Source of the DNA: an uncultured delta proteobacterium
Lineage (GTDB): Bacteria > Myxococcota > Kuafuiibacteriia > Kuafuiibacteriales > Kuafuiibacteriaceae
Assembly (NCBI GenBank): GCA_963803435.1
Contig: CAWDML010000003.1
Span: forward strand, 704,001 to 768,000
DNA length: 64,000 bases
Direction of reading: 5' to 3'
In this document: piece after piece, positions 1 through 9,947 of the stretch
How positions within the stretch are numbered: position 1 is the stretch's first letter
How the letters are laid out: every line of letters starts with the position of its first letter
Program-made: the position numbers and the translations under genes
The notes under the pieces: model-generated
What the model saw: only the letters and a program-made list of their open reading frames with translations
Database searches by the model: none
Told to the model about the DNA's origin: nothing

Positions 1-1
1 G

Positions 2-742
2 TTCGCCGGTGCACCCAAGTCGACCCAGATCGCCGCCATCTGCGTCCCCATCGCGGTGGTGGCCGGGACGATCATCGGTGTGCTCATGCACGAGCCGAAG
101 CCGACCGCCGGGCCCGTCGCGGTCGACGTGGGGGAGGAGGAGGCGGCCGGCGAGTTCTATCCGCCGCCGGTCGTTCCCGTCGAGGCCGCGCCGGTTCAGT
201 CGAACGGGCCCAAGAAGGTCGAGATCCTCCCGGGCATCTCGGACATTCCCGCGCCGCCCGGCTTCGGGTACGTCGCGCTGGAGGGCGCCGAGCTGCGTGC
301 GATCAACGAGGAGGACGGCGAGGTCCTCCTCTGGTTGGAGTCCGGGATGATGGTGGAGCGGATCCGATCGGCGGGCATACGGACGCTGGTGATGATCCCG
401 CCGAAGGGGCCGGTCGGCTTCGTCGCCACCGACGCGCTGGCGACCATCAAGCCGATCGCGGTTCTCGGCAAGGAGATCGGGTTCAAGACCTGCAAGGTCG
501 ACGGGCGGCGGACGCTCGACGACTGCCTCATCGGCGCGAAGCAACAGACGGACGGGTGCATCGTCCGTTGCCAGAAGTTCGCTCCGGAGATCGATCACCT
601 GGCGCATCCGGGGAGCCGCTGCGCGCAGGCCTGCCAGGCGGCTTTCGATCGCTGCGCTCGCCAGTGTAACGACTCCAAGCTCAGCTTCGACAAGGAGCAG
701 GAGAAGCGGCAGCAGAAGCGCAGCCGGAAGCGCCACCGCTGA
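2..742 (+). CDS. Membrane-anchored hypothetical protein, SH3b-like domain plus Cys-rich C-terminus (5' partial)
   Basis: Frame is open from the window start. Hydrophobic segment, SH3b-like GYVALEGAELR...GFVATDAL, multiple CxxxC motifs. Confidence 0.55.
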   Translation, partial: FAGAPKSTQIAAICVPIAVVAGTIIGVLMHEPKPTAGPVAVDVGEEEAAGEFYPPPVVPVEAAPVQSNGPKKVEILPGISDIPAPPGFGYVALEGAELRAINEEDGEVLLWLESGMMVERIRSAGIRTLVMIPPKGPVGFVATDALATIKPIAVLGKEIGFKTCKVDGRRTLDDCLIGAKQQTDGCIVRCQKFAPEIDHLAHPGSRCAQACQAAFDRCARQCNDSKLSFDKEQEKRQQKRSRKRHR

Positions 743-754
743 TTCGACGGACGG

Positions 755-1876
755 ATGACGAGCCGGCTGCAGGTCCGGGCGGAGGGTCGACTCGATCTCG
801 GGATCGGACAGCCCGATCTGCGCTTGCTCCCGCTCGACGAGCTCCGGAGCGCCGCCGGACATCGCCTCGCGATCCGTGAGACCGACCTCCTCCAGTACGG
901 CCCCGAGCGCGGGAGCGAGCCGATGCGCCGCTTGCTGGCCGGCTTCCTCGCGGATGGCTACGGCCTCCCGATCGATCCCGAGCGCCTCTTCATCACCGGC
1001 GGCGCGTCGCACGGGCTCGACCTGATCCTGAGCCGCTTCACTCGGGAGGGCGACACCATCCTGGTGGAGGAGCCCACATACTTTCTGGCGCGCAGGATCC
1101 TGGACGGCCGTCGCCTGCGCGTCCTGCCGGTGCCGACCGACGCGCGCGGCCTCGACACGCGGGCGCTCGCCGCGGTGCTGGAGCACGAGCGGCCGAAGCT
1201 GATCTACACCATCCCGATCCATCACAACCCCACCGGGGTCACGCTGATCCGCGAGCGCCGCGCCGAGCTGGTGGCGCTGGCGCGCGCGCACGACTTCCTG
1301 ATCGTCGCCGATGAGGTCTATCAGCTCCTCACCTACGAAGGTCCGCCGCCGCCGCCGATGCAGACGCTCGATCGGACGCACGTGCTCTCGCTCGGATCGT
1401 TCTCGAAGATCCTGGCACCCGGGCTCCGGCTGGGATGGATCGACGCGGACCCGGCGCACATCGACGCGCTCTCGGGCTGCGGCGTGCTCCGGAGCGGTGG
1501 GGGAGCCTCCCCGTTCACGGCGGCCATCGTCGAGAGCGCCCTGGAGACCGGGCTGCTGGCGGACTACCTCGCCCGCGTGCGCGAGGTGTATCGACGTCGC
1601 TGCCATACTCTGATCACCGCGATCGAGGCCGAGCTCCCCCGCTCGGTCACGTTCGAGCGGCCGACGGGCGGGTTCTTCGTCTGGCTGCAGCTCCCCGAGG
1701 GATCCGACGCAACCGCGCTCCTCCAGCGCGCCCACGCCGAGAAGGTCGGCTTCCTGCCGGGGGCCCGCTGCAGCGCCCAAGGCGGCCTCCGGGATCGGGT
1801 CCGGCTGTGCTTCACCTACTTCGACGAGGTCGAGATCCCCTCCGCGATCCGGAGGCTTGCGAAAATAATGAACTGA
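755..1876 (+). CDS. PLP-dependent aminotransferase class I/II (LysN/MocR-type)
   Basis: HNPTG, ADEVY and GSFSKILAPGLRLGW motifs. Confidence 0.9.
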   Translation: MTSRLQVRAEGRLDLGIGQPDLRLLPLDELRSAAGHRLAIRETDLLQYGPERGSEPMRRLLAGFLADGYGLPIDPERLFITGGASHGLDLILSRFTREGDTILVEEPTYFLARRILDGRRLRVLPVPTDARGLDTRALAAVLEHERPKLIYTIPIHHNPTGVTLIRERRAELVALARAHDFLIVADEVYQLLTYEGPPPPPMQTLDRTHVLSLGSFSKILAPGLRLGWIDADPAHIDALSGCGVLRSGGGASPFTAAIVESALETGLLADYLARVREVYRRRCHTLITAIEAELPRSVTFERPTGGFFVWLQLPEGSDATALLQRAHAEKVGFLPGARCSAQGGLRDRVRLCFTYFDEVEIPSAIRRLAKIMN

Positions 1877-1892
1877 CGTACAGTAAACACCC

Positions 1893-4242
1893 GTGCAGTT
1901 CGACGGCGCGTTCGCGCATCGCCCCTCGCCCCCCTGGTCCCGCTCGCACGGGCTCGAATCGGTGCTCGAGCGCTGGCGATCCGGCGACGCCCTCAGCCGC
2001 AGCCTGGTGCTGGACGCCCGCCTCCCGGGCGCGCCGCCCCGATGGCTACCGCTCCCCGAAACGATCTCGCCGGCGATCCGCGCCGCCCTGAAGGCGCGCG
2101 GCATCGAGCAGCTCTTCTCGCATCAGGCCGAGGCGTTCGAGGCCGTGCAGAGCGGGAACGACGTGGTCATTGCCACGCCGACCGCTTCCGGAAAGAGCCT
2201 CTGCTACACGCTGCCGGTCCTCGACGCCCTGGCGCGGGACCCGGAGGTCCGCGCGCTCCATCTGTTCCCGACCAAGGCGCTCTCCCGTGACCAGGAGGTC
2301 AGCCTCCGCCGCTTCCTCGGCGACGCCGGCATCGCGCGCGGCGCGATCACGTACGACGGCGACACCCCGCAGGACGCCCGCCGCGTCGCCCGCGACCGCG
2401 CCGGCATCGTGATCACGAATCCGGACATGCTCCACGCGGGGATCCTTCCGCAGCACGCGAGCTGGGCCCGCTTCTTCGCCAACCTTCGCTTCATCGTGAT
2501 CGACGAGCTCCACGTGTACCGCGGCGTATTCGGATCCCACCTCTCGAACGTGCTCCGGCGGCTGCTGCGGGTGTGCGCATTCCACGGCGCCGAGGTGCGC
2601 CTGATTCTGCTGCTCCGCCACCATCGGCAACCCCGAGGAGCACGCGTCGCGGCTCTCGGGCCGCGCGATCCGGCTGATCGGCGAGAGCGGGGCCCCGTCC
2701 GCAGGGAGGCGCGTCCTCGTCTACAACCCGCCGGTGATCGACGCCGAGCTCGGTATCCGCCAGAGCTACGTGAAGTCGGCGGTGCGGCTGGCGGCCGATC
2801 TAGTGCGCGCCTCGGTGCCGACGCTGGTGTTCGGCCAGAGCCGGAACCAGGTCGAGGTGATGCTCAAGTATCTCCGCGACGCGCTGCCGGACGTGGACCC
2901 GGAGGCCCTGGCCGCCTATCGCGGCGGCTACCTGGCCAACACGCGCCGCAAGATCGAGGAGGGCCTGCGCGAGGGCTCGATCCGCTGCGTGGTGGCGACC
3001 AACGCGCTCGAGCTCGGCATCGACATCGGCGCGCTGGAGGCCGTGGTCTGCGCCGGCTACCCGGGCAACATGGCGGCGCTCTGGCAGCGCTTCGGCCGGG
3101 CGGGGCGCCAGCAGGGCGAGAGCCTGGGCGTCCTGGTGGTGTCGAGCCTGCCGCTCGATCAATACCTGGCCAAGCACGCGCACGGGATCATCGAGGCGCC
3201 CATCGAGCGCGCCCGCATCGATCCGGACAACGTCGAGATCCTGATCCAGCACCTCAAGTGCGCCGCCTTCGAGCTCCCCTTCGAGCTGGGGGAGCGCTTC
3301 GGCGAGGTGCCGGCCGAGGACGTGGCTGCTGCGCTCGGCTACCTCGCGGATCACGAGGTGCTCCGCAAGGTCGAGGGCCGCGGCGGCAGGACGATGTTCC
3401 ACTGGACCGCAGACGTCTTCCCCGCGAACGAGGTCTCGCTGCGCAGCGCAGGCTGGGACAACTTCGCGATCATCGATCTGGAGGACGAGCGCACGATCGC
3501 GGAGATGGACTTCCGCTCGTCGCACACGATGCTCCACGAACAGGCGATCTATCAGCACGACGGCGAGCAGTATCAGGTCGAGATCCTCGACTTCGAGAAT
3601 CACAAGGCCTACGTCCGTCGCGTCGATCCGGACTACTACACCACCGCGATGACGCACACGAAGGTCGTGATCCTGGAGGTGGAGGCGGAGGGGTCATCGG
3701 CGCGGCTCAGCACCGGTTGGGGCGACGTCGAGGTCATCGAGAAGGTGGTGGGCTTCAAGAAGATCAAGTTCCACACGCACGAGAACGTCGGCTATGGCGA
3801 GGTGAACCTGCCCGAGATCCAGAAGCCGACCACCTCGTTCTGGATGATCGTCCCCCAGGCCGTCATGGGCGCCGTGCCTGCGCCGCGGGGCGTCCTCCTC
3901 GATGCGCTCTCCGGGTACGCCGGCGCCTTGAAGGCGGTGGCCGCGGTCGGGCTGATGATGGATCCAAAGGATCTCGGGGTCGCAGTGGTCGACGAGCGTG
4001 CGGTCGGCGCCGGTCCTCACGCCGGGGTGTTCGAGCCGACGATCCACGTGTACGACGCCGTCGCGGGCGGTGTCGGGCTGGCCGCGCGTCTCTTCGAGGA
4101 GCGGGTAGACCTGACGGTCCGGGCCCGGCGGCTCGTCGAGACCTGCCCGTGCGACGCCGGCTGTCCGAGCTGCATCGGCCCGGCCGGTGACGACCTGCGG
4201 AAGCGTGCGCTCCTCTCGCTCCTTCTCGCCGCAGGGATCTGA
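1893..4242 (+). CDS. mrfA: DEAD/DEAH-box helicase with DUF1998 (MrfA/YprA/Hrq1-like), one frameshift near 2605
   Basis: TPTASGKS and DELH in the first frame. [27 protein letters not shown] and C-terminal [10 protein letters not shown] in the +1 frame. Confidence 0.85.
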
Positions 4243-4244
4243 GG

Positions 4245-5498
4245 ATGGAGATCCGAGCGAAGCTGGCCCAGCTCCCGGCGCTCGACGGGGTTGGCTCGGC
4301 GCGCCCCTCGAGGTTGGGCGTCAAGCAGGGGCTCCTCGACGATCTGCGCCGGCGGATCCAGCGCGTGCTCGCCGAACCGGCGCGCGCGGCTGCACGGAGA
4401 CCGGCGCCCGCCCGCCGCGGCGCTCTGCGCGTCCACACCAGCTACCTCGAGCCCGGGCACCGCCACGGACGGATCGAGGTCGCGCGCGCGCTCTCGGCCG
4501 AGGCTCACCTGGTGGCCGAGCTCGCGCTCGATCCATCGATCGAGTCGGTGGATCTCTCGTCGGCCCTCTTCCTCGACATCGAGACGACGGGTTTCTCGGG
4601 TGCGGGAATCGTGCCCTTCCTGATCGGGCTGGCCTGGTTCGAGGATCAATCGTTTGTCGTGGAGCAGCTCTTCCTCGAGGAGCTCGGGGAGGAGTCGCCC
4701 ATGCTCGATCGACTCCGGGAGCGTGTCGAGCACGCGAGCTGCGTGGTGACGTACAACGGGAAGGCGTTCGACTGGCCGATCCTGGTGAACCGCTGCGTGC
4801 TCCACCGGGTCGTTCCACCGCGCGCGGTACCGCACGTCGACCTGCTGCACTGCGCGCGCCGGATCTATCGGCGGCGGCTGGGAGGCGTCCGCCTGGTCGA
4901 CCTCGAGGAGCGCGTGATGGGCATGCACCGCGAGCGCGACGTCGACGGTGCCGAGGTGCCGGGCTTGTACTGGACGTTCCTCCGCCACCGAAACGATGCG
5001 GCCATCACGCCGGTGGTCGAGCACAACGCCAACGATCTGGTGGCGCTGGCGGCGCTGCTCGCCCACCTGTCGGAGCGTTTCAAGACCGTACACTCGGAGG
5101 AGGATCCGATCGATCAGCTCGCCCGCGCCAAGCTCGCGCTGCGTGCCAAGGACCAGGTGCGCGCCGAGCAGTTCGCGCTGGCGGCGGGCGAGGGTGGCGG
5201 TGCACCGGAAGTCACCGTGGAGGCGTATGCGCTGCTCAGCCTGAGTCTGCGCCGGCGTGGCGAGTCAGCGCTCGCCGAGCGGGCGCTCCTCGACGCGCTC
5301 GAGGCCAGCGAGGGCAACACGGAGCTGGCGGCGCCGATCCATCTCGAGCTGACGAAGCTCTACGAGCACAGGTTGAAGCGGCTCGATCGCGCCCTCGAGC
5401 ACGCGCGTGACACGGGCGCGGTCGAGAGCGTCGTCGATCACGCGCGGCGGATCGCGCGGCTCGAGCGCAAGCTCTCGCGGGCCTGTGGCGCTACTTGA
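4245..5498 (+). CDS. mrfB: RNase H-like DEDD exonuclease with TPR-like tail (MrfB/YprB-like)
   Basis: FLDIETTG, VTYNGKAFDWP, HVDLLH, HNANDL; directly downstream of the DUF1998 helicase. Confidence 0.85.
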   Translation: MEIRAKLAQLPALDGVGSARPSRLGVKQGLLDDLRRRIQRVLAEPARAAARRPAPARRGALRVHTSYLEPGHRHGRIEVARALSAEAHLVAELALDPSIESVDLSSALFLDIETTGFSGAGIVPFLIGLAWFEDQSFVVEQLFLEELGEESPMLDRLRERVEHASCVVTYNGKAFDWPILVNRCVLHRVVPPRAVPHVDLLHCARRIYRRRLGGVRLVDLEERVMGMHRERDVDGAEVPGLYWTFLRHRNDAAITPVVEHNANDLVALAALLAHLSERFKTVHSEEDPIDQLARAKLALRAKDQVRAEQFALAAGEGGGAPEVTVEAYALLSLSLRRRGESALAERALLDALEASEGNTELAAPIHLELTKLYEHRLKRLDRALEHARDTGAVESVVDHARRIARLERKLSRACGAT

Positions 5499-6705
5499 CG
5501 ATCTCTTTGGTCCAGGTCTCGAATTGGTCGACGAGTCGATAGTGGGCCGCGCCTGACTCGGGTCCGATGAAGCCGGAGTGAAGGCGATGCACGGTCCCGT
5601 CGCGATTGAGGAAGATCGTGATGGGAAAGGCGGCGATCTCCTTGCTGGTCATTCCGGAGGGAAGGATCTTCCAGTAGTCCTCGATCTCGCCGTCCCGGGT
5701 CACCATCTGCCAGTTGATGCGGTACTCCTTCTTCAGCTGGGCCGCGCGCTCGAGGTTGTAGGTCTTGTCGCTGGTGAACTCGTAGTCGACGGTGAGGATC
5801 TGGAGATCCTGGCCTTGATACGACTCGTAGATCTTGCTCAACACCGGAGCGAGGTCGCCGCAGTGCGGGCACCAGCTTCCCGACAGCTCCACAATCACGG
5901 GATGGCCCGCGTAGCGCGGGTGATCGAGCTCCGGGAGGCGGATGCGCTTGTCGGGCGACGTGAGCTCGACCTCCTCGGGGAGCTCGAAGTCTTCCTTTGC
6001 TCGAGTCCCGCGGACGACCATCGTCGTCGTGAGGATGCCCGTGTGGAACTTGCCCTCGAGGCTGTCGCCGTCGACGTCGATGACCATGTAGTAGGCAGCG
6101 GTCCCGTCGAACCCAGAGAGGAGCACTTGCTTTCCCACCACGTTGCCGGAGACGTAGACCGTGTCGGCGTCGAGGTAGACGGTCGCGCCGTACGCTGTGA
6201 CGCCCTCCTTCTGGATGACGAGCTTTCCGGGTGAGTCGTCGAACGTGACCCTCCAGACGCCGCTGGGATCGACCGACGGCGGTGGGCTGTCCGCGGTCCG
6301 CAGCTTCAACTCGGGGTTTGGCTCCTCGATGTGGATCCCGCGAAACTGCAGCGAGCCGGCGCCCCAGGCTCGCGACTCGCTCTCCCAGCTCCCGATCAGC
6401 TGGCGATCGGCGGCCACGGCCGCGAGGATCTTGGTGTTGTAGACCGGGAAGTCGACCTCGACGCGCTCGCCCTTCCAGGTGTGCACGGCCGAGAACCAGT
6501 GCTTGCCGTTGAGCACCACGGCGCCGCCCTTCGTTGGATTGGCCGGGAGCGACAGGAAGAACGGAACCTCTCCCACGCCTTCGTGGATGAAGACGGCGCG
6601 GTACCATCCCCCCACATCGGCGGACGGATTGACGGCGAGTCGCTCCTGCCGCCGGCACCCGACGAGCGCGAGCGCGAGGAGCGTGACCTCGACACGCCGC
6701 ATCAA
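5491..6705 (-). CDS. TlpA-family thiol-disulfide oxidoreductase lipoprotein
   Basis: Lipobox LVGC, SWCPHC active site, AFPITIFLNRDG. Confidence 0.85.
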   Translation of the reverse strand: MMRRVEVTLLALALVGCRRQERLAVNPSADVGGWYRAVFIHEGVGEVPFFLSLPANPTKGGAVVLNGKHWFSAVHTWKGERVEVDFPVYNTKILAAVAADRQLIGSWESESRAWGAGSLQFRGIHIEEPNPELKLRTADSPPPSVDPSGVWRVTFDDSPGKLVIQKEGVTAYGATVYLDADTVYVSGNVVGKQVLLSGFDGTAAYYMVIDVDGDSLEGKFHTGILTTTMVVRGTRAKEDFELPEEVELTSPDKRIRLPELDHPRYAGHPVIVELSGSWCPHCGDLAPVLSKIYESYQGQDLQILTVDYEFTSDKTYNLERAAQLKKEYRINWQMVTRDGEIEDYWKILPSGMTSKEIAAFPITIFLNRDGTVHRLHSGFIGPESGAAHYRLVDQFETWTKEIVK

Positions 6706-8828
6706 CGTGGCGGACTCTCCTTGACGGCCGCGGAGCCGATCGGTCCATCGAACTCCTTGGTGATGCCGGTGTGGTCCTTGATCACGAACTTCATCCGGCC
6801 GTTCCGCTTGCTCCGGGTCTCGTACTCCTTGGTCATCTTCACCGAGAAGTCGTCGGCGTCGCGGATTCGATCGTCACCGACGGCGAGGATCAGGTCGCCC
6901 GGGACGAGGCCGAAGCGCTCGAACGGGCCCTTGTCGACCTCCACGACGGTCACACCGACGGCAGCGTCCGGGAACCGCCATGCGACCGACGGGAAGGTGG
7001 TCAGCACCTTCATGCCGGCGACCTCGGTGGGTTGCGAGTACTTGGTGGCCAGCGCGGTGATCACGCCGGGCGCGAGGTCGTACACCACGAAGGCTCGGAA
7101 CTCGGTGCCTTGACCGTCGATCCGTTCGTACTCCTCCCAGTACCAGTCCGAGATCTGCGCGGGCACTGCGGCGCCTCCGGTGCGTCGGAGCGCAGCGGCC
7201 ACGTCCCGGTGCGAGTCGCGCACGACGCGAACCGAGTGCTCGAAGTCGGCGTCGGTCGGGTTGATCCGCGCGTCCTCGAGATCGCCGAGCGCGAGCTGCC
7301 GGACGTCGCGGAAGACGGGAAGGACGTGCTCCCGGAAGGGAGAGGTGTCGACGCGCAGCGTGATCGAGCTGGCGAGAGCCTCGAGCGCCGCGTTGGAGGC
7401 CTCGATCTTGGCGGCCTCCTTGGACGGCAGGTAGGAGGAGACGCCCACGCAGGAGATCCGGTTCACCAGGTCCGTGCAGTAGCTCGAGAACGGGATGTCC
7501 GAGGTGATCCAGGCGGGCCGCTTCTTGGTGGCCTCGTTGAGCGTGTTGACGGCCTCATGGACCATCTGCTCGCTCTTCTGTTGTTGATGGAAGACCAGCG
7601 CGCCCATGCCGCCCACGGCCACCAGCGCGATCGGCAGCACGATCAGCGCGGACCGGGTGACGACGCCGCCCTGACCGTCCTGCTTCTTCTTGTCCTTCTT
7701 GGGCCGCGTCGCCTTCTTGATGAACCGCTTCAGGTCCGACGTGACGTCGGGCATGGGAAGCGACGGGAGGAGCGCGCGCGTGGCGTCGGGAGGGACGCAC
7801 TCCGCGGGACCGCGGCACTCGGGACACTTCTGCTGCGGCGCCATTGCGATCTTGAGGAGGTTGTGGTGAGCCGCGACGTCGATCATGTGCCTCGTGGTGC
7901 TCCGGCACTTGGCGCAGGTGAAGGGCAGGGCGAAGGACACGACCTGGACCTTGCCGCCCAGATCCTCGGGCTGAAGCGTCCGCTCCAGGAACATCGCCTC
8001 ACAGGCGTTGAGCAGGATCCGCTCGGCGTGCGGCTTCATCAGGCTGATGAACTTGCGGAACTCGGCGGCGCCTGCGGGGTCGACGCCGCCGACGCCGGCC
8101 ACGTCCACCACGACGGTACCCTCGACGCCCTCGGCCAGCTTCTCTCCCGGGAAGGCGCCGTCGAGGTTGCCGGACAGCTTCATCAGCGTGAAGCGGCCCT
8201 CGAGCACCTTCTCCGCCTGAATTCGGCGAGAGAGATCGCCGACGGCGTAGCCGAGCTTGGAGATGAGGAAGTTGCCGATGGCGGGGTCCAGCTCGAAGTC
8301 GCGCTGGTTGGCGACGAAGCTGAAGTACGTGATGGGCTCGTCGTCGAAGTACTCGGGGTTGCCGCAATGCTCACACGCGCGGTCGGGCGCCTTCATCTTC
8401 TTGAGCGCTTCGTTGTCGCGGTCGGCGTTCAGCAGGACGACGTGCTCGGTCTCGCAGTAGTCGCACCGGTAGGGCGCGTAGAAGCTGAAGACCAGCCCTT
8501 TTCCGGTGAAGTCCGAGACCATGTTGAGCTGATTCATGATCTTGGGCGAGCAGTTGATGAGGATGAACTCGTCGAGGGATCGGTCGATGATCGAGACGAA
8601 ATCGAGCCACTCGCGGACTCCGAAGGAAGAGACCCGGACCACACCTCCCAGGTCCAGCACCAGCTTTTTGGCCCGGATCGTGGCCGCAACCTTCTTGCCT
8701 TCGAACTTCTCGTTGATCATCCCGTGAAATCGGACGCACGTGATCGCGCCGTCCGATATCTTCTCGATCTGGAGCTCGCTCCCCATCTGTGTGGGGTCGA
8801 GGACGGTGGCTTGAGTCGCAACGCTCAT
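6702..8828 (-). CDS. Membrane protein with two STAS+Zn-ribbon modules, one TM, periplasmic LPP20-like region and PDZ-like domain
   Basis: LDLGGVVRVSSFGVREW with CDYC/CEHC; second STAS VDVAGVGGVDPAG with CAKC/CPEC; TM LIVLPIALVAVGGMGALVF; GLVPGDLILAVGD (PDZ). Confidence 0.7.
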   Translation of the reverse strand: MSVATQATVLDPTQMGSELQIEKISDGAITCVRFHGMINEKFEGKKVAATIRAKKLVLDLGGVVRVSSFGVREWLDFVSIIDRSLDEFILINCSPKIMNQLNMVSDFTGKGLVFSFYAPYRCDYCETEHVVLLNADRDNEALKKMKAPDRACEHCGNPEYFDDEPITYFSFVANQRDFELDPAIGNFLISKLGYAVGDLSRRIQAEKVLEGRFTLMKLSGNLDGAFPGEKLAEGVEGTVVVDVAGVGGVDPAGAAEFRKFISLMKPHAERILLNACEAMFLERTLQPEDLGGKVQVVSFALPFTCAKCRSTTRHMIDVAAHHNLLKIAMAPQQKCPECRGPAECVPPDATRALLPSLPMPDVTSDLKRFIKKATRPKKDKKKQDGQGGVVTRSALIVLPIALVAVGGMGALVFHQQQKSEQMVHEAVNTLNEATKKRPAWITSDIPFSSYCTDLVNRISCVGVSSYLPSKEAAKIEASNAALEALASSITLRVDTSPFREHVLPVFRDVRQLALGDLEDARINPTDADFEHSVRVVRDSHRDVAAALRRTGGAAVPAQISDWYWEEYERIDGQGTEFRAFVVYDLAPGVITALATKYSQPTEVAGMKVLTTFPSVAWRFPDAAVGVTVVEVDKGPFERFGLVPGDLILAVGDDRIRDADDFSVKMTKEYETRSKRNGRMKFVIKDHTGITKEFDGPIGSAAVKESPPR

Positions 8829-8849
8829 GGCTCCTCCAAGAAGATCCGC

Positions 8850-9779
8850 CTAGGCCCGCTCGAAGAAATGGATCGAACGGGCGCGACTGCGAAAGTCGCG
8901 GCGGTTGACCTCGAGATCGATGAAAGCAGTCACGTCCGTTTGTCTCCCTGGCATGACATCGTACACGATCGAAAGGCAGGAATTATGTACCACGGCCATG
9001 CCGAGGCCAGCGCCCCCGGAGCTGGTATCGACCTCGCCTTCGCGAAGGCCTCGGGCGAGACCCTCGAAGACGTGTTTTCGCTCGAGACGGCCGAACGGAT
9101 CCGACACTTGAATACAAAGTCTAAACCCGTCGCTGAACATCCGCAGATGGGCCGCCTCGGGGATCGGCAGCTCGACCGGGTTTTTGCGGTCGTGGGCGAA
9201 GCGGGTCTTGCCGTTCGCGTCGACGGGCGCGTCGTAGAGGGCGTTCATCAACAGCTCGTGCGACAGCTCGGCGACGGTCTCCGACATCCACTTCGGCACG
9301 TGGAGGCGATCGGCGAACGTCTGGGCCCGAAGGGTGGCCGCATCCATCTCCACCGACGTTCGGACCGTCTGCTCGAAGCCTCCCGAGCCGAAGTTGACGA
9401 AGCGGTCGATCGAGGGGGCGGGCTCGTGAGGGGCCAGCGCGCGGTGGGCGACCATCACCAGCTCCCAGGGCTCCGGCGAGGTCTCGAAGCTGGGCCTCCC
9501 CAGGATGCTGGTGAGCCCCGGCTGCTCCACCACGAAGCGAAGAAGTCGCGCGACGGACTCAGCGGTCCACAACACGCCCCGGAGCGCAGGATTGGCACGT
9601 AGCGCCGCTCCTACGACGCTCCGGTCGAACTCGTCCGCGCCGATAAAGCTGATGTCTTGGACGTGTTTTTGAACATCGTCGGGATCTTCGGTCACGATGA
9701 CTTCGAGACCCGCTGCGCGCCAGAGCCTCGCGATGCGGCGGTTGATCGCCGCGCCCCGCTGGAGCAGCAGTGCAAGCAC
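8850..9779 (-). CDS. RsbW/SpoIIAB-like GHKL ATPase/Ser kinase with degenerate receiver-like N-terminus
   Basis: N-box ELLMNALYDAP, D-box SDPFG, G2 box GGAGLG; no HisKA histidine region. Confidence 0.7.
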   Translation of the reverse strand: MLALLLQRGAAINRRIARLWRAAGLEVIVTEDPDDVQKHVQDISFIGADEFDRSVVGAALRANPALRGVLWTAESVARLLRFVVEQPGLTSILGRPSFETSPEPWELVMVAHRALAPHEPAPSIDRFVNFGSGGFEQTVRTSVEMDAATLRAQTFADRLHVPKWMSETVAELSHELLMNALYDAPVDANGKTRFAHDRKNPVELPIPEAAHLRMFSDGFRLCIQVSDPFGRLERKHVFEGLARGLREGEVDTSSGGAGLGMAVVHNSCLSIVYDVMPGRQTDVTAFIDLEVNRRDFRSRARSIHFFERA

Positions 9780-9947
9780 CCGCTCGTGCTATAGCGCAGC
9801 ACTGATGGAGTCTCAAGCAGCGCCCCGGGTGATGTAGACGCCACGAACACGTGTGCGGCGGTTGAAAGACAGCGACGGGGAATGAGCCGCGCCGGCCCTC
9901 CTCGACTTGCTCGCGCTCCGGGCGATAAGCAATCATCCAGGCAGGCA

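Noticed and set aside
2595-2625. Programmed ribosomal frameshift in the helicase
   Set aside because: No slippery heptamer; the family is normally a single ORF; similar indels occur elsewhere in the window
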